NCBI RefSeq assembly: GCF_006345805.1
Contig: NC_043000.1
Coordinates: 154,814,001 to 154,878,000 of the forward strand
Direction: 5' to 3'
Source: Octopus sinensis
Lineage: Eukaryota
Length of the DNA: 64,000 nucleotides
Shown piece by piece: positions 41,765 to 54,271 of this stretch (the first letter of the stretch is position 1; every line of letters begins with the position of its first letter). Below the pieces are notes generated by a model. The model saw only the letters and a program-made list of their open reading frames with translations. It did no database searches and was not told where the DNA came from. The translations under genes were made by a program, and so were the position numbers.

Positions 41765-42190
41765 AGTTAATCCAAACAAGAAAACACAAAAAAACACAAC
41801 AACGCAAGGACGTGGAACAAATATAGTATTATTGGATGCTCAGGAAAGAAGGAAAGAAGGAGGGTTTAATGTTTCGAGTGGAGCTCTTCGTCGGAAACAT
41901 AGGAGAAGGAAAGATCCAGAGAAGGGAAGACAGAGGAAAAAAATCGCCAACGGTACACACAAGGTCACATTTTGAAATATAGGACATATATGTCCTATAC
42001 ATATATATATATATAGATATATATATATAGGACAGGCTTCTTTCAGTTTCCATCTTTCAAATCTACTTGCAAGGCTTTGGTTGGCCTGAGGTTATAGTAG
42101 AAGACACTTGCCCTAGGTGCCACAAAGTGGGACTGAACCTGGAACCATGTGGTTGGGAAAAAAGCTTCTTACCACACAGCACCTCCTGCA
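41262..42190 (-). mobile_element. Two half-copies of SINE A (3' half about 41262-41490, 5' half about 42030-42190)
   Basis: Tail and head blocks match family A and are separated by about 540 bp of other sequence. Confidence 0.7.
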
Positions 42191-42389
42191 CCTATATATA
42201 AATATATAATACATATATATATGTATAAACATATATGTAAATATATATATATATATGTGCATATATACACAGACATGACAGAAGTAAATAGATACCTCAT
42301 AAAACATCATCTTATGTTTATTCTGATTTGTGAAGGTTTATATTTTTTATTAATTGACATTTTTATGTTTCAGGTTCTATATATGACTG

Positions 42390-43355
42390 TCTAATCATGC
42401 CATGTACAAAAAAAAAAACGCCTTGGAACTGTCTGAATTTCAAAGAGGCCATATTGTGGGTCAAACTGAAGGTGGACATAGTCAGTGTAAAATCGCAGAA
42501 AATTTTGGGATCCCACTTTTGACAGTTAATAGAGTGATTGTGCAATTCACCAGAGCAGGGAAGGAGTTCACATCACCCTGCTGTCTTTGTTAAGAGAAGT
42601 GTGGAGGATAATCCTCATTGCAAGGCCTCTGTTATAGTAGAACATGTTGATGTCAGTCCCAGAACGGCTGTCAGGTATCTCTACAAACTTGGTTACTACG
42701 ACAGAGCGGAGGCACAATGGCCCAATGGTTAGGGTAGCGGACTCGCGGTCATAGGATTGCGGTTTCGATTCCCAGACAGGGCGTTGTGAGTGTTTATTGA
42801 GCGAAAACACCTAAAGCTCCACGAGGCTCCGGCAGGGGATAGTGGTGATCCCTGCTGTACTCTTTCACCACAACTTTCTCTCACTCTTACTTCCTGTTTC
42901 TGTTGTACCTGTATTTCAAAGGGCCGGTCTTGTCACTCTCTGTGTCACGCTGAATATCCCTGAGAACTACGTTAAGGGTACACATGTCTGTGGAGTGCTC
43001 AGCCACTTACACGTTAATTTCATGAGCAGGCTGTTCCGTTGATTCGGATCAACTGGAACCCTCGTCGTCGTAACCGACGGAGTGCTTCCATCCCTATGGC
43101 AGAGCAGCAAGAAGGAAGCCACTTATTTGACTAGCCAATATCAAACAGAGAGAAAATTGGGTCAGTGAGATGGTAGAGCGGCCATTAGCACTTTGGGACA
43201 CTGTCATATTCTCCAATGAGTCCAGATTGCTGTATTTTCTGACAGCGGTTGAGCGTGGGTCTGGAGAATCTGTGATCAAGAATTTGATGTGAAAAGATTG
43301 CAGCCAACAATGAAACATGGCAGCTATTCTGTGATGGCCTGGGGCGTAATTTGGA
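42390..43355 (+). pseudogene. Tc1-like transposase relic interrupted by SINE D
   Basis: [13 protein letters not shown]...VSPRTAVRYLYKLGYYDRA|ARRKPLI...WDTVIFSNESR...LQPTMKHGSYSVMAWG, compare the Tc1 motifs RKKP, WxxVxFSDESxF and TVKHGGGSVMVWG. Confidence 0.85.
42708..43093 (+). mobile_element. SINE family D with a 12-bp degenerate TSD
   Basis: ctacgacagagc (42696-42707) and ctatggcagagc (43094-43105). About 20 substitutions versus the 40215 copy by hand count. Confidence 0.92.
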
Positions 43356-43530
43356 GCAATGCTCAATCAGATTGGTTGGTATTAGAAAGGGCATCCAGCT
43401 GTAGAAACATCCTCTGATCAGATTGAAGCCTGGTGTAGCTGCTGGTTTTCCAGACCTCAGTCAAACCGTCCAACCTATGCCAGAATGGAATACAGACATT
43501 AAACGATGATGATGATGATGATGATGACAT
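43356..43530 (+). mobile_element. RTE 3' end fragment with a (GAT)n tail
   Basis: tggttggtattagaaagggcatccagctgtagaaac...attaaacgatgatgatg. Confidence 0.85.
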
Positions 43531-43649
43531 ATATATATATATCATCAACCTCTAACGTTTAATGTCAGTTTTCCATGATGCATATTACAGCTGGGAGGAG
43601 AAATTCTAAATGATGCATATGGCTAGGGAGAAAGATTTAATATTTGTAG

Positions 43650-44605
43650 TATACATGACAAGTGGGAATTTGTGAAACAACCTGCTTAGGGCCATAAATC
43701 AGAAATGCAGTTGGGAGAAAATCCCAGCCAAGGCAAAAGAGACATGGTGGTGGAATGATATTGTTGATAGGGTGGTAATGTTTAAGGGACTGGCTTGGAA
43801 AACCTGAGGGAAGATGGTAGTAAGGAGCATTACTAAATGGTTAGAAGTGGGTGGTGGGGGAAGAAGGGTTAGATAACGGGTTTGCTTAGCTAAGGGTAGG
43901 CAGAAAGGAAGAGATTTTCTTGTACATGTCTTGAAATGTATCAGAAACATGAGGTGTTCAGGAGTGTGAGACTGTGTGAGAGAAAACTAAGATGTCATTG
44001 GTGAGAGGTATGGTTGGAATGATGAAAGCATACTTGCCATCAATATGTAAGACAAGAAAATGGTGTGAAATTGCTCTTCTGAGACTTTGATGACTGTAAA
44101 GACTATATAGGATAACGTGGGGTTACCATATGCTGATCCTACAGAGGGACAAGTAATTGAAGTTGACAGTAGTGTTATAGATATAATGATCAAGAGCATG
44201 AAAGGAGGGAAAACTGTAGGCTTATGAGAAGTAGTTGTGATGTTCAAAATACCTGGTGAGGAAGGACACGTGATTGACACTCAAAACAAGATTGGAAATA
44301 TTGAATTCTGGATTGTAAATGAAGTCACACAAGAAGTCATACTCAGTGACTAGCATAGGGGTATATTCGTAAGAAAAGCAAAGGAAATTCCTTAGAGAGA
44401 AGTACGTATAGAGGAATCAAACTATGGCGAGAGTCATAGCACAATTGATCCCCGAGAGAGTAGACCTAGGTGTGATGCACTTTGACTTCATACCTGGAAG
44501 AGTTACTACAGATGGCAATCTTCTCAGTGAAGCAACTGCAGAAGAAATACTTGGTGAATAATAAACCACTATTCCAGGCTTTTGTTGACTTGGAGAAGGT
44601 ACTTG
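43650..44605 (+). mobile_element. RTE LINE ORF remnant (pre-RT linker and RT N-terminal motifs)
   Basis: ETWWWNDIVDR; ADPTEGQVIEVDSSVIDIMIKSMKGGK; KGNSLERSTYRGIKL; ARVIAQLIPERVDL..MHFDFIPGRVTTD; KQLQKKYLVNNKPLFQAFVDLEK. Confidence 0.85.
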
Positions 44606-45340
44606 ACAGGACACCATGTTCAGTAATTTGGTTGACTTTGCCATCATCCTTTTTGGGTTGAAAAAATAAGTACCACCAGTTGAGCACTGAGACTGATGAA
44701 GTCAACTGGCTTCCACTCCCCAAATGTCTGGCCTTGTGTCTACAGCAGAAAGGGTCATTATTATTATTACTATTATCATTGTCAATCAAATCTTCCTTTA
44801 GTAGACTTCTTTCTGAACTTCTAATGAGCTGTATAATCTCTCTGCCCAGACCTACTTGATGCCCTCACCATTCCTGTTACAATACCCTCTGTTGTTATGT
44901 CTCACTTTTCAGACACAACACTAAAAGCACTTTCTTCAGTCTCAAAGCTGGGATTACTGCCCTGTGCATATTATTCTTACATACATTGATATACGGAAGT
45001 TTAAAGTGATCATCAAATGCACTGATCTCTCCAGCCTGGGAGTCTACAGATGTAATGTTTACTGTTTCCTCCTTTTCATTTTTTATCTAATCAATAAAGA
45101 AAAAAATAGACAAGTAGAACTAACTGGAGCTATCTAATAACAACAATAACAACACCAAATGAAAAGAAAAAAGCACTATCGAAAAGAATGCACATCTTGG
45201 TTCCTATATCTTTCAAGCCTTAAATAAAATGAAAAAAAGGAAAAATGTTATTAGTAATTTTATCATATAAAATTCTAATACTATGAAAGTTATAGGACTG
45301 ATTTTTCAGTTTGTTCATTAATCTGAGAAAAACTGATATA

Positions 45341-45573
45341 TATTTCTTTATTGCCCACAAGGGGCTAAACATAGAGGGGACAAAGAAGGACAGACAAAGG
45401 TATTAAATCGATTACATTGACCCCAGTGCGTAACTGGTACTTAATTTATCGACCCCGAAAGGATGAAAGGCAAAGTCGACCTCGGCGGAATTTGAACTCA
45501 GAACGTAAAGGGCAGAAGAAATATGGCTACGCATTTCGCCTGGCGTGCTAACGGTTCTGTCAGCTCACCGCCT
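45341..45573 (-). mobile_element. SINE family B1 with an 8-bp TSD
   Basis: ctgatata at 45333-45340 and 45574-45581; colinear with the 38138 copy. Confidence 0.92.
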
Positions 45574-46491
45574 CTGATATAGTTAACATAAACAATCCAG
45601 AAATTGATTAAAACATCATTGTCTGTGTCTCATGTTAATTATGACCATTCTGTTATATTTCAGTTTTAGGTCTACAAGAAACCAATACTTTTCCAATCAA
45701 GTTTAATGAATCTAGTAACACATTTCACAAGTAATTATTTTTTCCCTTTTTTTCCCTCAATTTAAGTTTTTTTAACAAAACTCTTGCTAATCTTTTATCT
45801 AGGTCTGTGAAGCTAAATTTCATCCCTGAAGTTTGTAAATGTTTTTTTTAAAAATTATTTTCTTAAATTAATCAACTGATGATATTTAAATTTTTTATTC
45901 CACTTCTTTGCTTCAGTATGAATTCCAACTGGCTGAAACCAACCATTTATAGTCTATCTTCTGTGTTGCACTATGTCACTGCCAAAAATTCCTAATGGTC
46001 TGTCTTGATGCAAAGTAAAATTTATTGCTGTAAACAGTAGGAACACTGAAGGTTTGACAAGTGTTTTGTTGGCTTGCAATGTTAAGTTTGAAATCTCACA
46101 CAAAGTAGAGTTGCTCTAGATATACTTTATAAGAAGCAAAACTAAGTCCTCAGTGTAATATTTTTTCATGGAAAAGCACATAGGTGTAACAATGATCAGA
46201 GCATATGTATATATCATAGATGTAACCAGCTAGGTTGGCATAATTAACAACACTAATTATGAAGATAACCTACTTTTCAATGTAGTTATATCACTAAATA
46301 CAAAGATTGAAGTTTTAAAAGTATGTAATCCCCAACCATCAACTGTTTTCCATTTTGTATTAAAGAGATAGAAAGAATATTTTACGTATAATCTGTATTA
46401 GAATTTTGTCCTTTGCATTTCAGTTGCAGATCTGAAATATTGGTAATCTACTAGAATTCAATAATTCCAATCTTGATTTGGTCTATTCTTT

Positions 46492-46890
46492 TATTTGTTT
46501 ATTCTTTTACTTGTTTCCATCATTTGCCTGCGGCCATGCTGGAGCACCACCTTAAAAAGTATTAGTCAAAGTAATTCACTCCAAGACTTAATCTTTGTAA
46601 GCCTAGTACATATTCTTTTGCTGAACTACTAAGTTATGGGGACATACACAAACCAACATCAGTTATCAAGCTATGGGAGGGGAAAAAACACAGACACAAA
46701 GACACACACACATAAATACATACATATATAATGGGCTTCTTTCAGTCTCTGTCTACCAAGTTCACTCACAAGGTTTTGGTCAGCTTAAGGCTATAGTAGA
46801 AGACGATTGCTCAAGGTGCCACACAGTGGGGTTGAACTCAAAACCATGTGATTGTGAAGCGAGCTTCTTACCACACAGCCACACCTGCAT
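46492..46890 (-). mobile_element. SINE family A, older copy
   Basis: Colinear with family A but more diverged. Confidence 0.85.
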
Positions 46891-46971
46891 CTATAAAGGG
46901 ATTGTTTGATTGTTAAAGCTTTTACAAGAAAACCATGTTTATCATATACACTCATGATGGAAAGCTAGTGG

Positions 46972-47165
46972 TCATCATCATCATCATCGTTTAATGTTCG
47001 CTTTCCATGCTAGCATGAGTTGGACGATTTGACTGAGGACTGGCGAACCAGATGGCTGGGCCAGGCTCCAATCTGATCCGGCAGAGTTTCTACAGTTGGA
47101 TGCCCTTCCTAACGCCAACCACTCTGAGAGTGTAGTGGGTGCTTTTAACATGCCAAATTTAACAG
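46972..47165 (-). mobile_element. RTE 3' end fragment
   Basis: (cat)n-cgtttaatgttcgctttccatgctagc...ggatgcccttcctaacgccaacc. Confidence 0.85.
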
Positions 47166-47273
47166 AAGACCACAATGTATTTGGTAGAGGACCACTGAAT
47201 GCATATATAACTGAACGATATATTATTCAAAGTTTATTATTACTGCTGTAAGTGAAGCATAAGTATACTTCAC

Positions 47274-47692
47274 ATAGGCGCAGGAGTGGCTGTGTGGTAA
47301 GTAGCTTGCTAACCAACCACATGGTTCCGGGTTCAGTCCCACTGCGTGGCATCTTGGGCAAGTGTCTTCTGCTATAGCTCCGGGCCAACCAATGCCTTGT
47401 GAGTGGATTTGGTAGACGGAAACTGAAAGAAGCCTGTCGTATATATGTATATGTATATGTGTGTGTGTGTGTGTGTGTTTGTGTGTCTGTGTTTGTCCCC
47501 CTAGCATTGCTTGACAACCAATGCTGGTGTGTTTACGTCCCCGTCACTTAGCGGTTCGGCAAAAGAGACCGATAGAATAAGTACTGGGCTTACAAAAGAA
47601 TAAGTCTCGGGGTCGAGTTGCTCGATTAAAGGCGGTGCTCCAGCATGGCTGCAGTCAAATGACTGAAACAAGTAAAAGAGTAAAAAAAGAGT
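47274..47692 (+). mobile_element. SINE family A, young subfamily
   Basis: Nearly identical to the 36714 and 56845 copies (shared gctaaccaacc, gtggcatcttggg, ctgctatagc). Confidence 0.92.
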
Positions 47693-48178
47693 ATACACAT
47701 GAAGTGTAGTTATTTATTTATTTAAAGTAGTATTATATAGGGATACATGTCTAAAACGGTTTAGCAGTGAGTCCTATTGATACCGTTGTGGAGAATGAAA
47801 GTTGGTACATACTGCTAAGTGCAGGAGAGGATCAACAAAGGGAAATATAATAGTCATGTTAAAAAGTAGAGTGTTGTGTAAATAGATTTTGGTGCTGGTG
47901 GTGGTATAAACGAAACAAGCTCAGAGGAGCCCATTGTTGTGATGTTTGAATAAGTATAATGAAGATACAGTGCATTAATGAGGTAAGAGCTGGAGTCTGT
48001 TTGCAGTGAGGAGAGGGGATAATTATTTCTAAATGGTTGTTGTCCAGTGTGTTATTAAAATTCACTTACAATTATAAATATATACATATGTATGTGTGCA
48101 CACATTTGCATGTGTGTATATGTGTGTATATGCATATGTGTATGTATGTATGTATGTATGAATCTATTTATATATTAT

Positions 48179-48477
48179 GGAGGAACATGGCCTAGTGGTT
48201 AGAGCAGCAGACTCATGGTCCCTCGACCGTGAGTTCGAATCTCAGACCAGGCAATGTGTGTGTTTATGAGCGAAATATTTAAGCTCTATGTGGCTCCGGC
48301 AGAAGGTAATGGCAAAACTTCTGCTGACTCTTTCGCCACAATTTTCTCTCACTCTTTCTTCCTGCATCTTGCAGCTCACCTGTGATGGACTGGCGTCCAG
48401 TCAAGGTGGGGAACCTATACGCCAAGGAAACTGGGAAACCGGGCCTTATGAGCCAGGCATGGCTCGAGAAGAAACAT
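48179..48477 (+). mobile_element. tRNA-derived SINE with a D-like head and a Meta/V-like central domain
   Basis: A-box tggcctagtgg and B-box agttcgaatc. The block acctgtgatggactggcgtccagtcaagg...gaaaccgggccttatgagcc..tggctcg resembles MetaSINE/V-SINE cores (recall). Confidence 0.6.
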
Positions 48478-48819
48478 TTATATATGATATATGCCATAGT
48501 GATTCAAGAATTAGTGATGTATTCATCACTGAGTCTTGAATTTGAGTACTGAATCTTGAATGCTGAGTACTAAGAAGATCTGCATGCCAGACATTCAGAC
48601 ATTGGCTGTACCTCTTCTACCACAGATGTTATTGAGGCCATGATTGAAGATCTCTGACCTAAAACTAGGTGTTATTATTAATTATACAACAAAAAAACCC
48701 CCACAAAACTAGACAAAATATCTACAAACATTTATCTATCAGTTATCCAAGATATTTACCATTGTTGTTATTGGTTTGAATCTCAATTTGAGTTAATTAA
48801 CTAAAGAAGACAACAACAT

Positions 48820-49130
48820 CATGATCATCATCGTTTAACGTCCGTTTTTCCATGCTAGCATGGGTTGGACGTTTTGACCGGGGTCTGGGAACCCAGGAAC
48901 TGCACCAGGCTCCAGTCTGATCTGGCAGTGTTTCTACAGTCAGATGCCCTTCCTAACACCAACCACTCTGTGAGTGTAGTGGGTGTTTTTATGCGCCACC
49001 GGCACAGGGGCCAGAGGAGGCTGGCAAACGGTATCTGCTACGTTTGGACAGTGCTTTTTATGTGTCACCAGCACAGGTATCTTAACTACAATTTCCGTTT
49101 GATTTTTTTGATGTTGGTGTTGACGTATCA
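48820..49130 (-). mobile_element. RTE 3' end fragment
   Basis: Family C motif set. Confidence 0.85.
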
Positions 49131-49398
49131 TATATAATCCTTAACTTTTAATCTCTATTAAAACCTTACCATAGGACAACATATTTTCCTTAATCTATGT
49201 AGTAGGCAAAATATTCCCTATGGTTTGTTAGTAAATAGTTATTACTTGAAGGTACAGGCAAGGCTGTGTTCTTGAGAAGTGTTTCCCAGCCATGCAGCTT
49301 CAGGTTCAGTTTTACTGCACAACACAATGGAAACTGGAAGAAGCCTATTATGTACATATACATGAGTATGCATATGTGAGTGTGTAAACCCTAGTCTT

Positions 49399-49807
49399 TG
49401 TAACAGGATGGGAGTTCAGGAACACTGGAGGGGTGTCCGATCTGATCTTGTCACATACAAGTTGAAGGAACAGAACCAAAGTCAGGTTGTCTTCAATAAC
49501 AACAGATAGTAGTTTATTCTGCGGTTCACAGGTAAAACATATACATATGTATTGTGGGGAAACCGGCAGCCGAGTCCACAGGACTGTTTACAATGTTCAC
49601 TCAAGTGAGCCAAGAAGATACGGTGTTCGTTGAGAGAAGTTGAGCCACGTCCGATCGCTAGTGCTGCTCTGCCAGAAAGACCGATTCAGTGGTCATGCTT
49701 TCAGGTTGCAGTTCCTGCGCATGCGCATGAGGAAACTTCCGGTGGCCAACCGGAAGTAATCCAATTCTGCGCATGTGTGCTGAAACTTACACAGTAGCAT
49801 CACTACA
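49399..49807 (-). mobile_element. Probable solo LTR (Gypsy-like) inserted into a hybrid SINE
   Basis: Minus strand reads TGTAGTG...GTTACA, with AATAAA toward its 3' end. The 4-bp TSD-like flanks are tctt/actt. Removing the element rejoins the host SINE text (gtctt-gatac). Confidence 0.6.
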
Positions 49808-50199
49808 ACTTGATACGTTTAAGTGAGCATCACCGTCATACAAGCAATGTTGTTTATTTCCAGTCTTTCATGGAAAACATGTCAGTCTATGGCAATATAT
49901 AACCATGGAAACAAGTAAGGGTTGGTGACTGGAAGGGGGTCTGGCTGTAGAGATATGTCTGACCCATGCAGGCATGAAAAAGTAGAGGTTAAAAGGCTGA
50001 TGATAATATGTATATTGAGTAATCTCAGAATTACAATGATATATTTAGACATGGTTAATTAAAAGTTAAAGACTAATCAAATTATTTAGTAAATTAATTT
50101 CTGTATTAAAGGTTTTCATCTATGAAATATTTTTTGGCATGACTCTAAAATCTTTGAAATATGGGTAAATTTACATTCTTGATCATATTGATTTCAAGA

Positions 50200-50385
50200 C
50201 CAGTAATTTGGGGGTAGGGGGTAAGTCGATTACATTGATCCCAGTGTCCAACTGATACTTATCGACCCTGAAAGGATGAAAGGCAAAGTCCACCTCAGTG
50301 GAATTTGAACTCAGATTGTAAAGACAGACGAAATGCCAGTAAGCATTTTGTCCAGTGTGCTAACAATTCTGCCAGCTTGCCACCC
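50200..50385 (-). mobile_element. SINE family B2 (B head and core, alternative tail)
   Basis: gaccctgaaaggatgaaaggcaaagtc..ggaatttgaactcag..gccagcttgccacc. The tail is ggtaagtcgattacat/aatttggggg instead of the B1 tail. Confidence 0.8.
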
Positions 50386-51422
50386 TAATACATTCTTGGT
50401 TATATAAAAACAAACAAAATAAGCAAGCAATTCTTTTGGTTAATTCAAACATCACAAGTATTTTTGGTTTCCTATAATTGTTAATAGTATATATTACTTG
50501 ATCAACAAATTTTAGGTCAACATGAAAATATATTTCAAAAATAGCTCACTAATAGCTGATTGTTATATTAGTGTTAAAGCATAGAGTTGCCAATCAAAAT
50601 TTAATTTGGATTGTGTTATGGTTACTAATAATGTAGTTTAAAACTCTTCGATTCTAGATCAACCTGAATTAAAACTACTTAAAAATTCTATCATTCCATC
50701 TATTGAGAACCATATTATCTTTCCTGTGGAAACAATGCAATCTTTCTTGAACAAATATCTTTTCCATTGAAATTCAGTTCTTGCATGTATTTACACAAGT
50801 TAATAACCTTTAGCATTTCGCAGGTTCTTCTGTTCTAAGAAGACCTGTTGAGCATAAGAACACACATCTTGCTCTCTTGAGTAAGAAAAACAATTATCAC
50901 ATCCAATTGAATCAGATATATCTGTTCATATAGTACATAGAAAATGAAAGAGAGAGAAAGAGAGAGAGAAAGAGCGAGAGAAAAAGAGAGAGAGAGAGAG
51001 AGAGAGAGATCAAATAGCGGTCATATAAAGTATCAAGTAAAATATTACCAATTTGTACCAGAAGAAATTTTATCTTTTTATTTTATGTTGATTCCTAAAT
51101 TTTGCTTAAGGCCACAGATTTTAGAATGAAGTTTTTAAGGGAATGAAGTTTTTAAGAAGTTCTTATTTTATTGATCCTGGAAGACTGAAAGGCAAATTTG
51201 ACTCTGGAGGAAAACTTAGAATATAAACATGAAGTCTGGTGACTCTTTTGTTTCTGTCAATCCTACATTCATCTGTACCAGCACCTTAGATCAGTGGTTC
51301 TCAACCAGGAGCCAGATGACCCTTTGGGGCAGAGTGGAAGCCATAAAAAATTTCGTTGTTAAAATTCATCTTCAATAAATTGGTTATATTTCTATAATAC
51401 ACAGAATATCTTAATAATTATT

Positions 51423-51628
51423 CTTACTCTTTTACTTGTTTCAGTCATTTGACTGTGGCCATGCTGGAGCACCGCCTTTAGTCGAGCAAATCGACCCCAG
51501 GACTTATTCTTTTGTAAGCCTAGTTCTTATTCTATCGGTCTCTTTTGCCGAACCACTAAGTTACGGTGATGTAAACACACCAGCATCAGTTGTCAAGCGA
51601 TGTTGAGGGGACAAACACAGACACACAA

Positions 51629-51705
<77 letters not shown>

Positions 51706-51868
51706 CGACGGTCTTCTTTCAGTTTCCATCTACCAAATCCACTCACAAGGCTTTGGTTGACCTTAGGCTATAGTAGAAGACACTTGCCCAAGGTGCCACG
51801 CAGTGGGACTGAACCCGGAACCATGTGGTTGGTAAACAAGCTACTTACTACACAACCACTCCTACGCC
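51423..51868 (-). mobile_element. SINE family A, full length
   Basis: Colinear with family A; internal (CA)n. Confidence 0.92.
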
Positions 51869-53156
51869 TTATACAGTTCCTAGTAAAATTCTTTTTAACA
51901 TCAAAGGGCTAGGAGGTTTCACCTGAATAAAATAGGAATCAAAAGGTTCAGCAGGTAAAAAATGGTTGAGAAACTCTTCATTGGACAGTATTCAGTTATA
52001 CATGCTACTGCTGACTAACACAGTGACCACTACTTTAAACTTTGACATTGTGGTCAGTTTTGTATTTAAGATGAAAATTCAGAAAAAAAAAAAATATTAG
52101 TTTGTCAATTAACGAGGTGAGTAAAAAATATAATTAATTACATTCCTTTTAGCACTATACACCTTAAAACAATTTTTAGATTATATCTTTATTACTTTTC
52201 CACCATGGGCTTGTCTCTCTACATATGAACTGTTTTGAAAGAATACTGAAAGTTAGAATATATAATTTATAGTATCTTTGCTTATCTACTGAATAATAAT
52301 TAAAAATATTGATAATTGAAAATATTGATTCCTTTCAGACGTTCTTATTAATGTTTTCAAAACAAACAGAGTAGTTTGTTAAGCACATTGTTAATTCATG
52401 AAGTTTGAATGTTCAGTTAAGATATAATAATATTTCACTCATTAACGTTTTGTAATGCAACATCAAAAAGAACAACAAATGTTTACAAATATTAACTCAG
52501 AGGTCAAGGTACGAGATAAGGGTCTTGTAGGTTATAAGTTCAGGTTTCTAATGCATACAATATAATTATAATTATATTTTATTTATTAGATGAGTACGTG
52601 TTATTATTGTATACATAATTGAACTGTATTAATTGTTGTTATTATTCTTATTGCTATTGTTTCTTTAATTTTTGAAGACAATATAAGTTTGGTTATATTG
52701 AAATGCAAAAATGATAAAACAGAACTGAACACAATTAAAATTATCAGAATATTAACAAAATATTAAGTTACAGAGTTAACATATCTCAAGTGGTAGTTAT
52801 GTTGCAAAACTATTCTAGCCCTGAGAATTTGATTTCAAAAGGTAAAACGTAAATGTTTTTATATTTACTTGCTTATATCAGACAAATTATATTATTGTTT
52901 TGTTGCAGATGATAATGACAATGATAATAGTGAAACAAATCCTTCATGAAACTGCTTTGTGTTTGTCAATCAAAGACCTGTTTCTAAATGCTGCTCTATG
53001 TGAAAGATAGTAAGAGTCTATCAACCTAACTTTCCATCCATCCATAAGTATGTGTATGTATATATATATATATGTGTATGTATGTATGCATATATATATA
53101 TATATACATGTATATATGTATGTATGCATATATATATATATATATACATGTATATA

Positions 53157-53500
53157 CACTACCGTCAGAAATTAATTAGCACCCTTGATTTGCTCTTCAC
53201 TCAAGGTATGTGCTGTCACCTAGTGGCCATATCTCGAACTATTGCTTTGTTGCGAGTTCACTGTTGCACAGAACGATGACGTAACTTTGTTTGCAGAGCA
53301 GTTTGAGAGTCTACAGCCTTATGATGTTGACATAGCAGTGCAACAACAACTTGGAGTGCGGATGCAGACAAATCTTCCTTTGTTTAATAGATATAGGTAG
53401 CGCCTCGCAAGGACCGAAATCACACCATACTAAGTTTTCTCATCGCGTAAGACGTTTTGAACAGCTCATAGGTAAATTGATTTAACCTATTTAATGTAGA
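53157..53500 (+). mobile_element. Possible 5' end of a Tc1-like element
   Basis: TA|cactaccgtcagaaattaattagcaccc resembles Tc1 TIR starts and is followed by CpG-richer sequence. No partner TIR was found. Confidence 0.35.
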
Positions 53501-53618
53501 AATTTGAGAAGTATGTATATATCATGTTCCAAAGTATATAATGGACCGTATATTTAATATAATATACATTTCTGGATTAGCCCAAAGGCTAGTAATATAC
53601 TTTGTAGGGTTTAATCAA

Positions 53619-54250
53619 TTGTAGACATAACCTGAATATCTTTCTGCCTGTACTTTGGTACCTGCATATATGCATTCATCTATTTTTGTTGTGTACACAT
53701 TTTATTTTTCGACCTGACCCTGTGCCTTACCATTTAAGTGCCAGATTCACATGAGTCCTTATATATATATATATATATATATATATCATCATCATCATCG
53801 TTTAACGTCCGTTCTCCATGCTAGCATGGGTTGGACGGTTCGACCGGGGATCTGGGAAGCCAGAAGGCTGCACCAGGCTCCGGTCTTATCTGGCAATGTT
53901 TCTACAGCTGGATGCCCTTCCTAATGCCAACCACTCTGTGAGTGTAGTGAGTGCTTTTTACGTGGCACCTGCACTGGTGCCAGGTGAGGCTGGCATCGGC
54001 CACGGTCGGATTGGTGCATTTTACGTGCCACCTGCACGGAAGCCAGTCGAGGCGGCACTGGCTTCGGCCACGATTCAGATGGTGCTTTTTACGTGCCATA
54101 TTTAAGGAGAGAGAGAGAGAGAGAGAAAAAGAGACAAAGAGAGAGAGGATATGAGGAGTTTTCATCAGGATGACTCAAACCAATAGGTATGCATTCTGAG
54201 TGCTCAAATAGATGTGCCACCAAAATTCCAGTTAGAAGTGACTGAAGGTG
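53619..54250 (+). repeat. Local duplication copy 1 (carries an RTE insertion at about 53786-54100)
   Basis: ttgtagacataacctgaatatc...gagtcc(ta)n [RTE 3' end] gagag...ccaccaaaattccagttag matches 56180-56496. Confidence 0.92.
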
Positions 54251-54271
54251 GTATCCCTTTGAGTCAGTAGG

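Noticed and set aside
42708-42790. tRNA genes at the heads of SINE A, B and D
   Set aside because: A and B boxes are present, but I could not fold a full cloverleaf and each head continues into a SINE body bounded by TSDs or a tail.
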